From: Chiloscyllium plagiosum
Taxonomy: Eukaryota
NCBI RefSeq assembly: GCF_004010195.1
Contig: NC_057719.1
Span: 18,745,159-18,809,158, forward strand
Length of the DNA stretch: 64,000 bases
Reading direction: 5' to 3'
Positions 12,175 to 22,664 of the stretch are shown here, piece by piece. The notes below the pieces were generated by a model. It was not told the DNA's origin. It made no database searches and saw only the letters and a program-made list of their open reading frames with translations. The stretch's first letter is position 1. Every line of letters starts with the position of its first letter. Both the position numbers and the translations under genes were made by a program.

Positions 12175-13340
12175 TCCTGCTCCTTGGATGCTGCCTGAAC
12201 TGCTGTGCGTTTCCAGCACCACTCTACTCCAGAATCTGGTTCCCAGCATCTGCAGTCATTGTTTTTACCTAAACTCCAATGAGTCGAGCATCAACCTGTT
12301 TTGCTTTTGCTCATAAGACAATCCCTCCAAGCCGGGGATCATCCAACTGATCTTTCTCTGAACCGCCTCCAATGAAATAATATCTTTCCTCAGGTAAGGG
12401 GACCAAAACTGCTCATAATGTTCCAGATATTGTCTTGCCTTCTACAATTGCAGTATGCTTTCTCTACCCTAATATTCCAATTCACTTGGAATAAGAACAA
12501 ACATTCTATTAGCCTTCATGATTGCCAGCTTTCTATATCTCATGCACAAATATGCCCAAATCCCTTTGTGTTGCAGTTTATCTCCATTCAAATAATGTTC
12601 AGTCCTTTTGTTCTCCCTTCCAAACTGAACAACTTCACATATTCCCACATTATACTCCATTTCAATTTTTTGCCCACTTACATAACCTTTCTTTAAATTA
12701 CTTGTGTCCCTCTCCAGCTATTTCTGTGTCATCTGTAAATTTGACAACTGTACATTGCTTGCATCCTCCAAGTCATTGGTATATTTTGTAAACAGCTGTG
12801 ATCCCAAGACAGATCCCTGAGGAACCCCATGAAGTTACAGGTTGCCAACCTGAAAAAAAAAACTTATCTACATTGTCTATGGCCTGTCCATGAGTAGATT
12901 CTCTATCCATGCCAATATACTGCCCACATGGGTTCTTATAACTTAACCTTTTGTCAGATAACTTATCGAACATCTTTTGAAAGTCCAAATACAAGATATC
13001 TATTTTTTCCCCTCTATTCATTCTGCTTGAGACTTAGTCAGTCATGACATCCCTTTGCCTGATTAGATTATGAATTTCCAAACATGCTGCTAACATTCCT
13101 TAATAATTGATTCCAACATTTTTGCAAAAATAAACATTCAGCTAATTGATCTATAGTTACCCACCTTTTGCCTCCCTTTTTTTTGGAAAAGGGTCATCAC
13201 ATTTGTGATTTTCAATCCTCTGGTATCTCTCCTGAATCCACCACCACTGTAACTACTCGTCTTAGGATCCTAGCTCTGCAATTTGTCACCCTGAAATTCT
13301 TCAAAGTTATATGATTTCTTATTGTTGCAAATTTGTGTGC

Positions 13341-14155
13341 ATAGAATCATAGAGTCATAGAGATGGACAGCACGGAAACAGACCCTTCAGTCCAACTCGT
13401 CCATGCTGACCAGATATCCCAACCCAATCTAGTCACACCTGACCAGCACCTGGCCCATATCTCACCAAACCCTTCCTATTTATGTCCCCATCCAGATGCA
13501 TTTTAAATGTTGCAATTGTACTAGCCTCCACCACTTCTTCTGGCAGCCCATTCCACACACGCACCAGCTCTGTATGAAACAGTTGCCCCTTAGTATACAT
13601 ATACCTTTCTCCTCTCACCCTAAACCTATGCCCTCTAGTTCTGGACTCTCCCACCCGAGGAAAAAGACCTTGTCTATTTACCCTATCCATGGCCCTCATG
13701 ATTTTATAAAGATCTATGAGGTTACCCCTCAGCCTCTAACGCTCCAGGGAAAATAGCCCCAGCCTATTCAGCCTCTCTCTAGAGCTCAAATCCTCCAAAC
13801 CTGGCAACATCCTTGTAAATCCTTTCTGAACCCTTTCAAAGTTTCACAACATCCTTCTGATAGGATGGAGACCAGAATTGCACACAATATACCAAATGTG
13901 GTGTAACCGATGTCCTGTTCAGCCACAACATGACCTCCCAACTCCTATACTCAATACTCTGACCAATAAAGGAAAGCATACCAAACGCCTTCTTCAGTAT
14001 CCTAGCTACCTGTGACTCCACTTTCAAGGAGCTATGAACCTGCACTCCAAGGTCTCTTTGTTCAGTAACACTCCCTAGGACCTTACCATTAAGTGTATAA
14101 GTCCTGCTAAGATTTGCTTTCCCAAAATGCAGCACCTTGCATTTATCTGAATTGA
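13341..14155 (-). mobile_element. HER1-like CR1 LINE, 5'-truncated
   Basis: Peptides DKCKVLHFGKAN and HLVYCVQFWSPSYQKDVVKL; tail (CTATGACT)n. Confidence 0.92.
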
Positions 14156-14792
14156 GTGAATATATTCTCTGATACATTAGTCTTGTAAGAGATTTGTCAA
14201 CAATTACTATAACATCATAAATCCCATATACCACTCAAATAATATTCTTGATATTTATTTATCATATATGAATGATCATCATAAATAATATTAAATGGAT
14301 TGATCACTTATAAAACATAACTAAATGTGAAGTTATACACTTCAGTGATAAAAACAGAAAGCAGGAGTATTATTTAAAAGGTGATATATTGGGAAGCATG
14401 GCTGTACAAATGGATCTGACTGTCCTTGTACACCAGTAAATGAAGTTTCACAGGCAGGTGCAGCAAACAATGAGGAAGGCAAATACTCTATTGGCCTTCA
14501 TTGCAATAAGATTTGAGTTCAGAAGTAGGGATAATCTCAATGTGGTTATACAAGGGCTTGGTGAAACCACATCTGGAGTATTGCATGCAGTTTTAATGGT
14601 CACCTTACTTGAAAAAAAACATATGCTTGCCAGAGTGGAGGTTTGCTAGGTTGATAGTGGAAATGGCAGTACCGTCCTCCAAAGAGAGATTGGTTCTGCT
14701 GAGCCTGTATTCACTCGGGTTTAGATGGATGAGAGGGCATCTGATTGAATTATGTCAAGTTCTAACAGGGCTAGACAACAGAATTCAGGGAG

Positions 14793-15008
14793 TTAAAAAT
14801 CACACAACAGCAGGTTATAGTCCAAAAGGTTTAATTGGAAGCACACTAGCTTTCGGAGCGTCGGTCCTTCATCAGGTGATACCACCTGATGGAGAGGCGA
14901 CGCTCCGAAAGGTAGTGTGCGTCCAGTAAAACATGTTGGACTATAACCTGATGTTGTGTGATTTTTAGCTTTGTACACCCCAGTCCAACACCGGCATCTC
15001 CAAATCAT
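14793..15008 (+). mobile_element. Fold-back mini-insertion (family B, probably Penelope-derived) with hammerhead-like motifs on both strands
   Basis: Arms 14793-14878 and 14883-14967 are inverted around ATAC, followed by an unpaired ~40-nt tail. Perfect 12-bp TSD GAATTCAGGGAG at 14781-14792 and 15009-15020. Confidence 0.85.
14844..14878 (-). ncRNA. Minimal type I hammerhead ribozyme-like motif (best preserved in window)
   Basis: Minus strand CAC-CTGATGA-A-GGACC GAC GCTCC-GAA-AGCT-A-GTG: stem I CAC/GTG, stem II with one mismatch, palindromic AGCT, predicted CUA cleavage triplet. Confidence 0.6.
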
Positions 15009-15753
15009 GAATTCAGGGAGGATGTTTTCCCTGCTTTAGAGTCTTGAACATTGTGACACAGTGAAAATCAGAGGTGAGGAAAGATTTCTTCATTCAAAGG
15101 GCAGTGAACCTATAGAATTCACCACCACAGAATGTCATAGAGGCCAAATCTCTGAATATGTTGAAGAAAGAGATAGATACATTTTAGATTTTAAAGGCAT
15201 CAATGGGTATGGGGAGAAAGTTGGAATATAACATTGAGATATAGGATCAGCCATGATCAGATTGAATGACAGAGCAGGTTCAAATGGCCCACCCCTGCTC
15301 CTCGTTTCTCTTTGTCTGTGTTGGTCATCCAATATGTCTGTCCCCCACTTTATAAAACACATTGCTTCAAGATTTGTTTCTTTTTCATTCAATGAATAGG
15401 TTAATTTAGCTGGTGGCTGACTGATGCTGCTCAAAATGGCTCAGTGCTAACATTTTTGCCTCTCGTCAGAATGTTCAACCTTCAAGTCTCTATCCAAAGA
15501 TGCTTCATTGTATTACTGACCGACAACTGTATGAGATCCTGGCCTTTTTAGATGTTCATTCAAGACCTTCTCTAACATCTTACTGCACAGTTTCCCAGAG
15601 GGTTTATTGAGGAAGAGCATGGGAGTTCTCTCAAGTGTCCTGACCAGTATTTATCCTTTAACCAACAGCACCAAAAAACAAATTATCCAGCCATTTGTCT
15701 CATGTTATTCTGGGCTTTATACATATTATGGCTGTCCCATGTCTGACATTACA

Positions 15754-16672
15754 ATGGACTAAGGAGTGGCAGATGGAGTTTAATTTGGATAAATGCGAGG
15801 TATAGCATTTTGATAAAACAAACAAAAGTGGGAATCGTACAATTATAAATAAGGTCTTAGGTAGAGTTGTAGAACAGAGAGACCGAATTGTAGATAGGGT
15901 GGTTAAGGCATTTAGCATGCTTGTCTTCATTGCTCAGAACTTTGAGTCAAGGAGTTGGGACGTCATGTTGACTTTGTACAGGACATTGGTTAGGCCTCTT
16001 CTGGAGTATAGTGTCCAGCTCTGGTCACCCTGTTATAGGAAGGATATGATCAAGCTGGAGATGGTTCAGAAAAAAAATTACCAGGACGTTGCTGGGAATG
16101 GAGGATTTGAGTTATAAAGAGAGGCTGGCTAGGCTGGGACTTTTCTCCCTGGAGTGTAGGAGATTGACGGGTGACCTTATAGAGGTTTTTTAAATTATGA
16201 GGGGGCATAGATAAGATGATTGGCAAGTATCTTTCCCCTAGGTTAGGGGATTTCAAGACTAGGAGGCATATTATTGAGGTGAGAAGAGAAAGATTTAAAA
16301 AGGGCATGAGGAGCAACTTTTTTGTATAGAGAGTGGTTTGTATGTGAAATGAACTTTCAGAGGAAGTAGCGGATGGTTGTACAGTTATAAAGTTTAAAAG
16401 ACATTTGGATAATACATGAATAAGAAAGGTTTGGAGGGATATGGGCCACGTGCAGACAGGAATTAAGGGCTACGGGGAGAACGCTGGTAAGTGGAGCTGA
16501 AATGCGCATCAGCCATGATTGAATGGCGGAGTGGACTCGATGGGCCGAATGGCCTTACTTCCACTCCTATGTCTTATGGTCTTATGGTCTTATAGGTTGG
16601 ACTAGTTTAGTTGGGGAGTATGGCCAGCATGGACTGGTTGGACCAAAAGGTCTGACTCTATGAATCTATGAC
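15754..16672 (+). mobile_element. CR1 LINE, 5'-truncated
   Basis: ORF 15899 LYRTLVRPLLEYSVQLWSPCYRKD; tail GACTCTATGAATCTATG. Confidence 0.9.
16461..16593 (+). mobile_element. Short 3' end of a different CR1 subfamily nested in a CR1 3' region
   Basis: Distinct 3' UTR ending in (TCTTATGG)n; flanked by AGG on both sides; the host resumes at 16594. Confidence 0.75.
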
Positions 16673-18756
16673 AACTATGACTACACCTCAAAAATTCTGT
16701 AAAGTTCTTTGGCTACACAAGTACATTTTCTTTATAACCCACCCTTGAGGTCAGTTCCCAATGGAAATATTCTACAACTGTAAGTATTACAAGTTGGCAG
16801 TTTGACTGATGAGTATCACTAACGTTAGTTTCACTTTATCACCCCTCGATATTTGTTTGTGGCACATGGTCCTTCTATGTGTTACTAAAGTACACACTTT
16901 TGTCATGTTACATTCCAGAGCTACTGTGCCATCTATTATGGAATTTGTCTGCATTAATCTGTCTGGCATACCCCTAAATAAGCATTCAGAAAAGAAGTCG
17001 AATAGATATACGAAGTGTACAGTAAAACACAAGGCCAATAGTGGGTTTAAATTGGTAATTTAATCTCACAGTTTTAAAGATGTTCATAAACCACATGAAC
17101 TTTGTATTTGTGATTTATGATGTCAAGAAAACTGCTAGATTGAAGCATTTCCTTGTAACTCACTGACAGCCATTTATTATCCTTGGAGCTATAATTTGTG
17201 TATACACCTTAGTGCATCCAATATGCATTAAATGGTACCGGTTTGGCAAGAAGGCATTCTGCTTACAATGGGCACTAACATATTAGGACTATCTTGGTTG
17301 GATAGAAGCAATGCTGTCAAGCTTAGGAACTGGCTAATAAACACATCACTTTGAGTTCATTACTGTGCATTGCGCAGACTCTGACCCTGTGATCTTATCC
17401 TGCTGAAAAGCTTATTTTCACACAGTACTTTTTCTGCCGCTGACTGTGATTATGTGACTTTGCAGCTACGCTGACACTGAGCAACTACAAAAGTGTGAAA
17501 CCACATGCATCTACCATTTACAAAAATTCTCAATCAGTGCTTTGGACCAGCCCACGTCGCTTCTTCTTAATGAGGATTCAATTTCACCTGAGAAATTTGG
17601 CACTTTTACATAAGTAATTTGAACTCCTATCAATTTTGAAGGATGTCATGATAAATTATTTGCAGTACATTTTTATTCAGGCTGCACTGTGGCTTCTTTT
17701 TGGGTTTTTCTCTATACCTGTCGTATTTAAGTACTGAAGGGATGTCTGTGGGCTGTTACATTACTTGCTTGAGTGTTGCACAGAACCAGCTAAGTATGAT
17801 ATGAACACAATATGCTGTGGCCTTAAAATGTACACATGAAATAAGCTTTATAAAAATTATGAGTCCACTAATTGTTCCCCACTTTGTAAAACAAGATAAA
17901 ATGTCTGCATTTAACCACAATTAACAAAGGAATACATGTCCTATATTTCAATTGAGAAATACATTATTTCACATAAATGATTATGCTGAGTTGGTTGTGG
18001 TGAAAAAAAATGTTAATTTAGAAATGCTTTTAACTAATTTGTTTAATTCATTTCAAAGCTCAAATAAAAAGAGTTGGGAAAAACATGATTCATTAAGACT
18101 TCATTAATATGCATCATTATGCAAATTAGGCTGCAATTAATGAGTTCCTGAGAGAAGCTTCTATAATTAATACAAGTTTAATGACATCATTACTTACCAA
18201 TAGTTTTGTAAAAATTAAAGAAGATACTTTGAATAATCCATGGAACAAGCCATTTTGAAAGGAAATCAGCCAGTCGATAATCAGATTTAATTTATTTAAT
18301 TAAAATGCATTTAGCCCAATAAAAAAATGAATAGTGTGTTGTTGTGCATTAGAAGGCTACTCTACTGATTTTACATTCAGCTTAAAGAAGAATGTTATGC
18401 TCACATAAATCAGGATAAGCACCAAAAGAGTTAGCCGAACTCCACAGGCATCTTGACATGTCTGGATGGATTTTAATGCACTCTGATTGGCATGAAGAGG
18501 GCAGCAGTTTGGAGCAGATAAAGATGTTTTTCTCCCATGGTCTCAATGTAACACCTTTGGGTTCAGAGATTAATTTGTCTTCCACAAGGATTAACTAGTA
18601 TACAATGAAAATAGTGGTGCATCGTTCACTACAGTGTCCAGTCTACATCAAGGTCAAAATTATTTTGGTAGAGACCTTGAAGTAGGTGACCCAGTTGCTG
18701 ATTAAAGTCCTATCACATCAGTAGGACTCCAGTATATGCTGCATCCATTGCTGTTA

Positions 18757-19400
18757 TTGGTATGCTTTCCTTTATTGGTCAGAGTATTGAGTACAGGAGT
18801 TGGGAGGTCATGTGTGGCTGTACAGAACATTGGTTAGGCCACTGTTGGAATATTGCATGCAATTCTGGTCTCCTTCCTATTGGAAAGATGTTGTGAAACT
18901 TGGTAGAGTTCAGAAAAAATTTACAAGGATGTTGCCAGGGTTGGAGGATCTGAGCTACAGGGAGAGGCTGAACAGGCTGGGGCTGTTTTCCCTGGAGCAT
19001 CGGAGGCTGAGGAGTGACCTTATAGAGGTTTATAAAATTATGAGGGGCATGGATAGGATAAATCGACAAAGTCTTTTCCCTGGGATTGGGGAGTCCAGAA
19101 CTAGAGGGCATAGGTTTAGGGTGAGAGGGGAAAGATATAAAAGAGACCTAAGGGGCAACTTTTTCACGCAGAGGGTGGTACGTATATGGAATGAGCTTCC
19201 AGAGGATGTGGTGGAGGCTGGTACAATTGCAACATTTAAGAGGCATTTGGATGGGTATATGAATAGGAAGGGTTTGGAGGGATATGGGCCGGGTGCTGGC
19301 AGGTGGGGCTAGATTGGGTTGGGATATCTGGTCGGCATGGACGGGTTGGACTGAAGGGTCTGTTTCTATGCTGTACATCTCTATGACTCTATGACTCTAT
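18757..19400 (+). mobile_element. Young HER1-like CR1 LINE 3' end
   Basis: Open 170-aa ORF2 C-terminus (LYRTLVRPLLEYCMQFWSP...NFFTQRVVRIWNELP); (CTATGACT)n tail; highly similar to copies at 26120, 32562 and 60589. Confidence 0.95.
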
Positions 19401-19809
19401 AACTATCAGCATTAATGTCTCCTGGGATTGCTTCCCTTTTCTCAAACCCATGTACATATTGGGCTTGACTGTTCAGCAGCTTGACATTATCCACACTCCG
19501 GCATACTGCTCCAGAAACATTAATCTGCCTCCAGCCTGTTGGATGTGGTCCTCTTACAAATGATCCCAATATGTTGTAACTGATCCTAACAAACTTTCAA
19601 TAAAGCAATTTGTGGATCATTTATTGTGTTCTTATTGAATGTTGTATCTCTAATTGTATTCCAGTCCACTTCCCTTTTTACTGTATCGTTTCCCAACTGT
19701 ACTAAAATGCTTGATGACCTTTAATCCTTTGCTCTGAAATTTCACATCTCAGTGGTCAAAAGATGTCAGCATGGATTGGGCTTGTTGCGAATAGGCAGCC
19801 GATTTTTCA

Positions 19810-19838
19810 CCCACCACCACCACCACCACCACCACCAC
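19810..19838 (+). repeat. (CAC)n microsatellite
   Basis: About 9 CCA/CAC units. Confidence 0.9.
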
Positions 19839-21454
19839 CTCCTGCCAACCATTCCCCCCCCAACACCACCCCCCACCCTCCCATTCTTATTTTCCTTTGA
19901 CCTGGAAAATATAGACAAGATTCTTAAGTGAAGTAAAATCAATTAATCTAGGCATGTTTTGTTTGGGGAACGCACTCTTGGCTACGATATATCCGGAATT
20001 GGGCATTTAATGGTCAGAGGATGAGCTTATTAACCACATCAGGATATTTTGAGTGGCTGTCAAAGCTGGAGGGATAAGCAAAGTGCACAATAGTGACAAA
20101 GTTGCAGTCTGCCGTGAACGAGACTTCGGTGCATCCCTGGTGGAGGCAATGTCTCTCCAGGTCTTTTGACTTTGTTGAAACATGGCCTCATCAGCTAAGC
20201 CACCATTGTGCAGAAGGCTCCCGGCCACTGTCTGCAAGCGGAGGCCATCTCCAGGCAGCTACACTATTCCCTAATTCCCTAATGCCTCTGCAGACTTAGA
20301 ACCCCAGTTTAATACCCTAGGTGGCCTTTCACAATAGAACTTAGGCATTTAGGGAGGACAGTTGACTACTTAGTACTTGAAGGGGACCAAGACAAAGGCT
20401 GGCAGATGGAATTTACATACCTTTGGATGCACCATCCAGAAAGCCTCAGTCCTAGGACTCCAAAAAGAGTTTGAGGTATCATTTGGTGAACTGTTGGAAA
20501 AAAGATTGGTTGATCAAAAATCAATTGCTGATTCGTTACCAGCCTATTCTAGCATAGACCCAAATATTTATTTTTCGTTCCCTAAAATGTAAATGTTTCA
20601 ATGTTTCTCTTTCGATTTCAGTTTTGCAACACTTACAATTCTTTTCCTTATATTGCTATGAACCAGCCTTTTTAATAAGAATTCAATTATGCATTCAATG
20701 ATATTAGTTAAGTATGTTATTTCAACAGTGTCCATATAAAGTCGCTTGTATGAATTCCGTGGGCTTGTAATGTCATCACATCTCCCCTCCCCACCTCCAC
20801 TGTCCTTACACCAAACCCTCAGTTCTACCTCTCAAATGCAAGGTGCTCTGCTTCCTTTAGAAAAAAATCATACCATCTCATTATTCTGTGGTATTACTGT
20901 GATGATCAAAGTTCATGTTCAAGTACAGATATTCATTATTTTTCTGGAGACAAATACATTTCAAGTGGCAGGTTTATTAATATTTGTGTATGCAAATGGA
21001 AAAAGACTAATTTTAGAAGCTACCTTCTGTGGAAGTACTTGTTATGCAGGTGGCATTCAGTAAATTTTATTAAAAAAAGGCATGTAACTGCATTTTTTGC
21101 TTAACAATAAAATAACTTTATTTCTTTATTATGAATTGACATTTTCTGAGATTACAGACTGCTAAATTTAATCTTGCGTCTGAAGGGCCAGATTCTACCA
21201 TGAAAGCTTAAGTAAAGAAAATTTGATCATTAAAAAATGTGTACTATATACTCTATATAATCTCACTAGATATGATTTCCACTCATCATTTTCTTTGACA
21301 AGTACGTAGCTTGCTCCAAACCAAGTCAATTATCATTTCCTCCTCCAATCAATTTTTATTATGTAAAATTCCTGTTAAGAGCATATTGACATCATTTTTC
21401 AGTGTATTTGTCAATTGCTGTAATTTAAATGATCCTGTAGTAAGCATGAACAAA

Positions 21455-21630
21455 AAACAACAACGCAATGCATTTGTTTTGGATTTTCTCAGATCATAAA
21501 AACGCCCCCAAGTCACTTCAAAGGATAAAATCTCATACTGAACCACAGAAAGTGATATTCAGTCAGATGACCAAGAGCTTGGTCAAAGAAGTCATCTTCA
21601 AGGAGAGTCTTGAAAGAGGTAAATGAGGCC
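21455..21630 (-). mobile_element. Old L2 3' end fragment
   Basis: GATGACCAAGAGCTTGGTCAAAGAAG is antisense-similar to 39575-39605. Confidence 0.5.
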
Positions 21631-22008
21631 TGCCCATTTTGAAAGAGCAAAGTTTATTCAGGAATGACAGCAAACGGTCTTGAAAAGAGCTATGTCTTAT
21701 GTTTTTTTGTTAGCTCAGTGAGTCGTATTGAGTTTTTTGAAGGGATTTGGGCTGCGAAACCAAGCAGGTTTTCTCAAGGTATTTTACCAAACCCGTCTCA
21801 TTAACTACCTACACTGCTATCGCCATCATAGCATCCATCATATCAGTTTCCAAACTCATCTTATCACAAGCTGTTCCCAGAGCAACTCATCACTCACTGG
21901 ATATCTGGTGAAAGATCTTGCAACATCTTTTGCGACAGCATCACCTTCAAAATGCAGCCAAGCCCACAAACATGCACTGGCATTCCAAAGCTGCCCTGCT
22001 CAGTCATG

Positions 22009-22660
22009 TGTTATGGGCGAGGCCAGACCCCTAAAAACATTTTTAAGCAGGTAGCCCAGACTGTAACTTTGCTATTTGTTTTAGGTTAGTGTATAGTGGA
22101 TATTCCCAGAGTGAATTAGCTGGTCCGAATGCCAAGTTTTAAACAAACAGAATTTAATTACAAAATTGCAGAATGAAACACAAAGAACACAAAATAGAAT
22201 ACCGGATAGCTTATCCTATCCAAAAACCCGACAGACTATCCCAACTTAATGATGCTGTTCTGAAAATACTTGCAACAGTCTCAATAAACACACCCCTCAG
22301 CACAATTAGTAAAAACGAAATAAACCAGGTCTTACAAGCTTGAGGTTAGAGAGAGAGAGAGAGAGTACCCCGCTGGACTTGCCCCAGAAGCCTTTCTTCA
22401 CACACACTGCTGCTGAACTGAATCAAAAACTCTAAACTGAACAAAGGCTAGCTAGACAGTTTACTGGCCACTCCCCTTTGATTATACCTTTTTTTAAAGA
22501 CATGAAGCCTTAGGCCGGAGGGATTATCGGTTAGGGGTAAACAAAAAGGGCCCCAAGAAACCTTACAAACCCAGCCTAGTCGGAACGTGGCCAATTAACC
22601 CCTCTCTGGAAAAAAAACTCAAGGGCATAGTAACCTTGTAAACAGACCAGCATTGAGACA
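22009..22660 (-). mobile_element. Solo LTR (652 bp), Gypsy-like
   Basis: TG...CA termini (TGTTATG...TGAGACA) with perfect 4-bp TSD CATG (22005-22008, 22661-22664). Orientation inferred from minus-strand TATAAT (~22480) upstream of ATTAAA (~22155). Confidence 0.75.
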
Positions 22661-22664
22661 CATG

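Larger units (their letters stand above)
10975..12268 (+). mobile_element. Penelope-like retroelement, 5'-truncated, centre lost in assembly gap
   Basis: Peptide PLVLTFHPTNLRINQIIRRHFRHLQTDPTTRDIFPSPPLSAFRKDR (PLE RT-to-endonuclease linker) is shared with the GIY-YIG-bearing copy at 37382. TSD CTAAACTCCAATG at 10962-10974 and 12269-12281. Confidence 0.9.
10324..13240 (-). mobile_element. Old CR1 LINE (RT C-terminal half plus 3' UTR) hosting two Penelope-derived insertions
   Basis: Minus-strand peptides DILYLDFQKMFDKL, MEYNVGICEVVQFGREN and LEFRRMRGGLIETYHILKGLD. Host sequence is continuous once 10347-10584 and 10975-12268 are removed. Confidence 0.8.
14320..15310 (+). mobile_element. Old CR1 LINE 3' part, interrupted at 14793-15008
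   Basis: Peptides QVQQTMRKANTLLAFI and LYSLGFRWMRGHLIE; 3' UTR GATCAGCCATGATCAGATTGAATG. Confidence 0.75.
15436..16715 (+). mobile_element. Deu-domain SINE (SacSINE1-like), old, split by CR1 insertion
   Basis: tRNA-like head TGGCTCAGTG and Deu-like core GAAGAGCATGGGAGTTCTCTCAAGTGTCCTGACCAGTATTTATCC. Element resumes after the CR1 at ~16672 (GACTACACCTCAAAA). Confidence 0.6.

Noticed and set aside
11087..12272. Long ORFs (323 and 368 aa) in the ORF track; likewise 60614-61496
   Set aside because: Artefacts of translating through N gaps.
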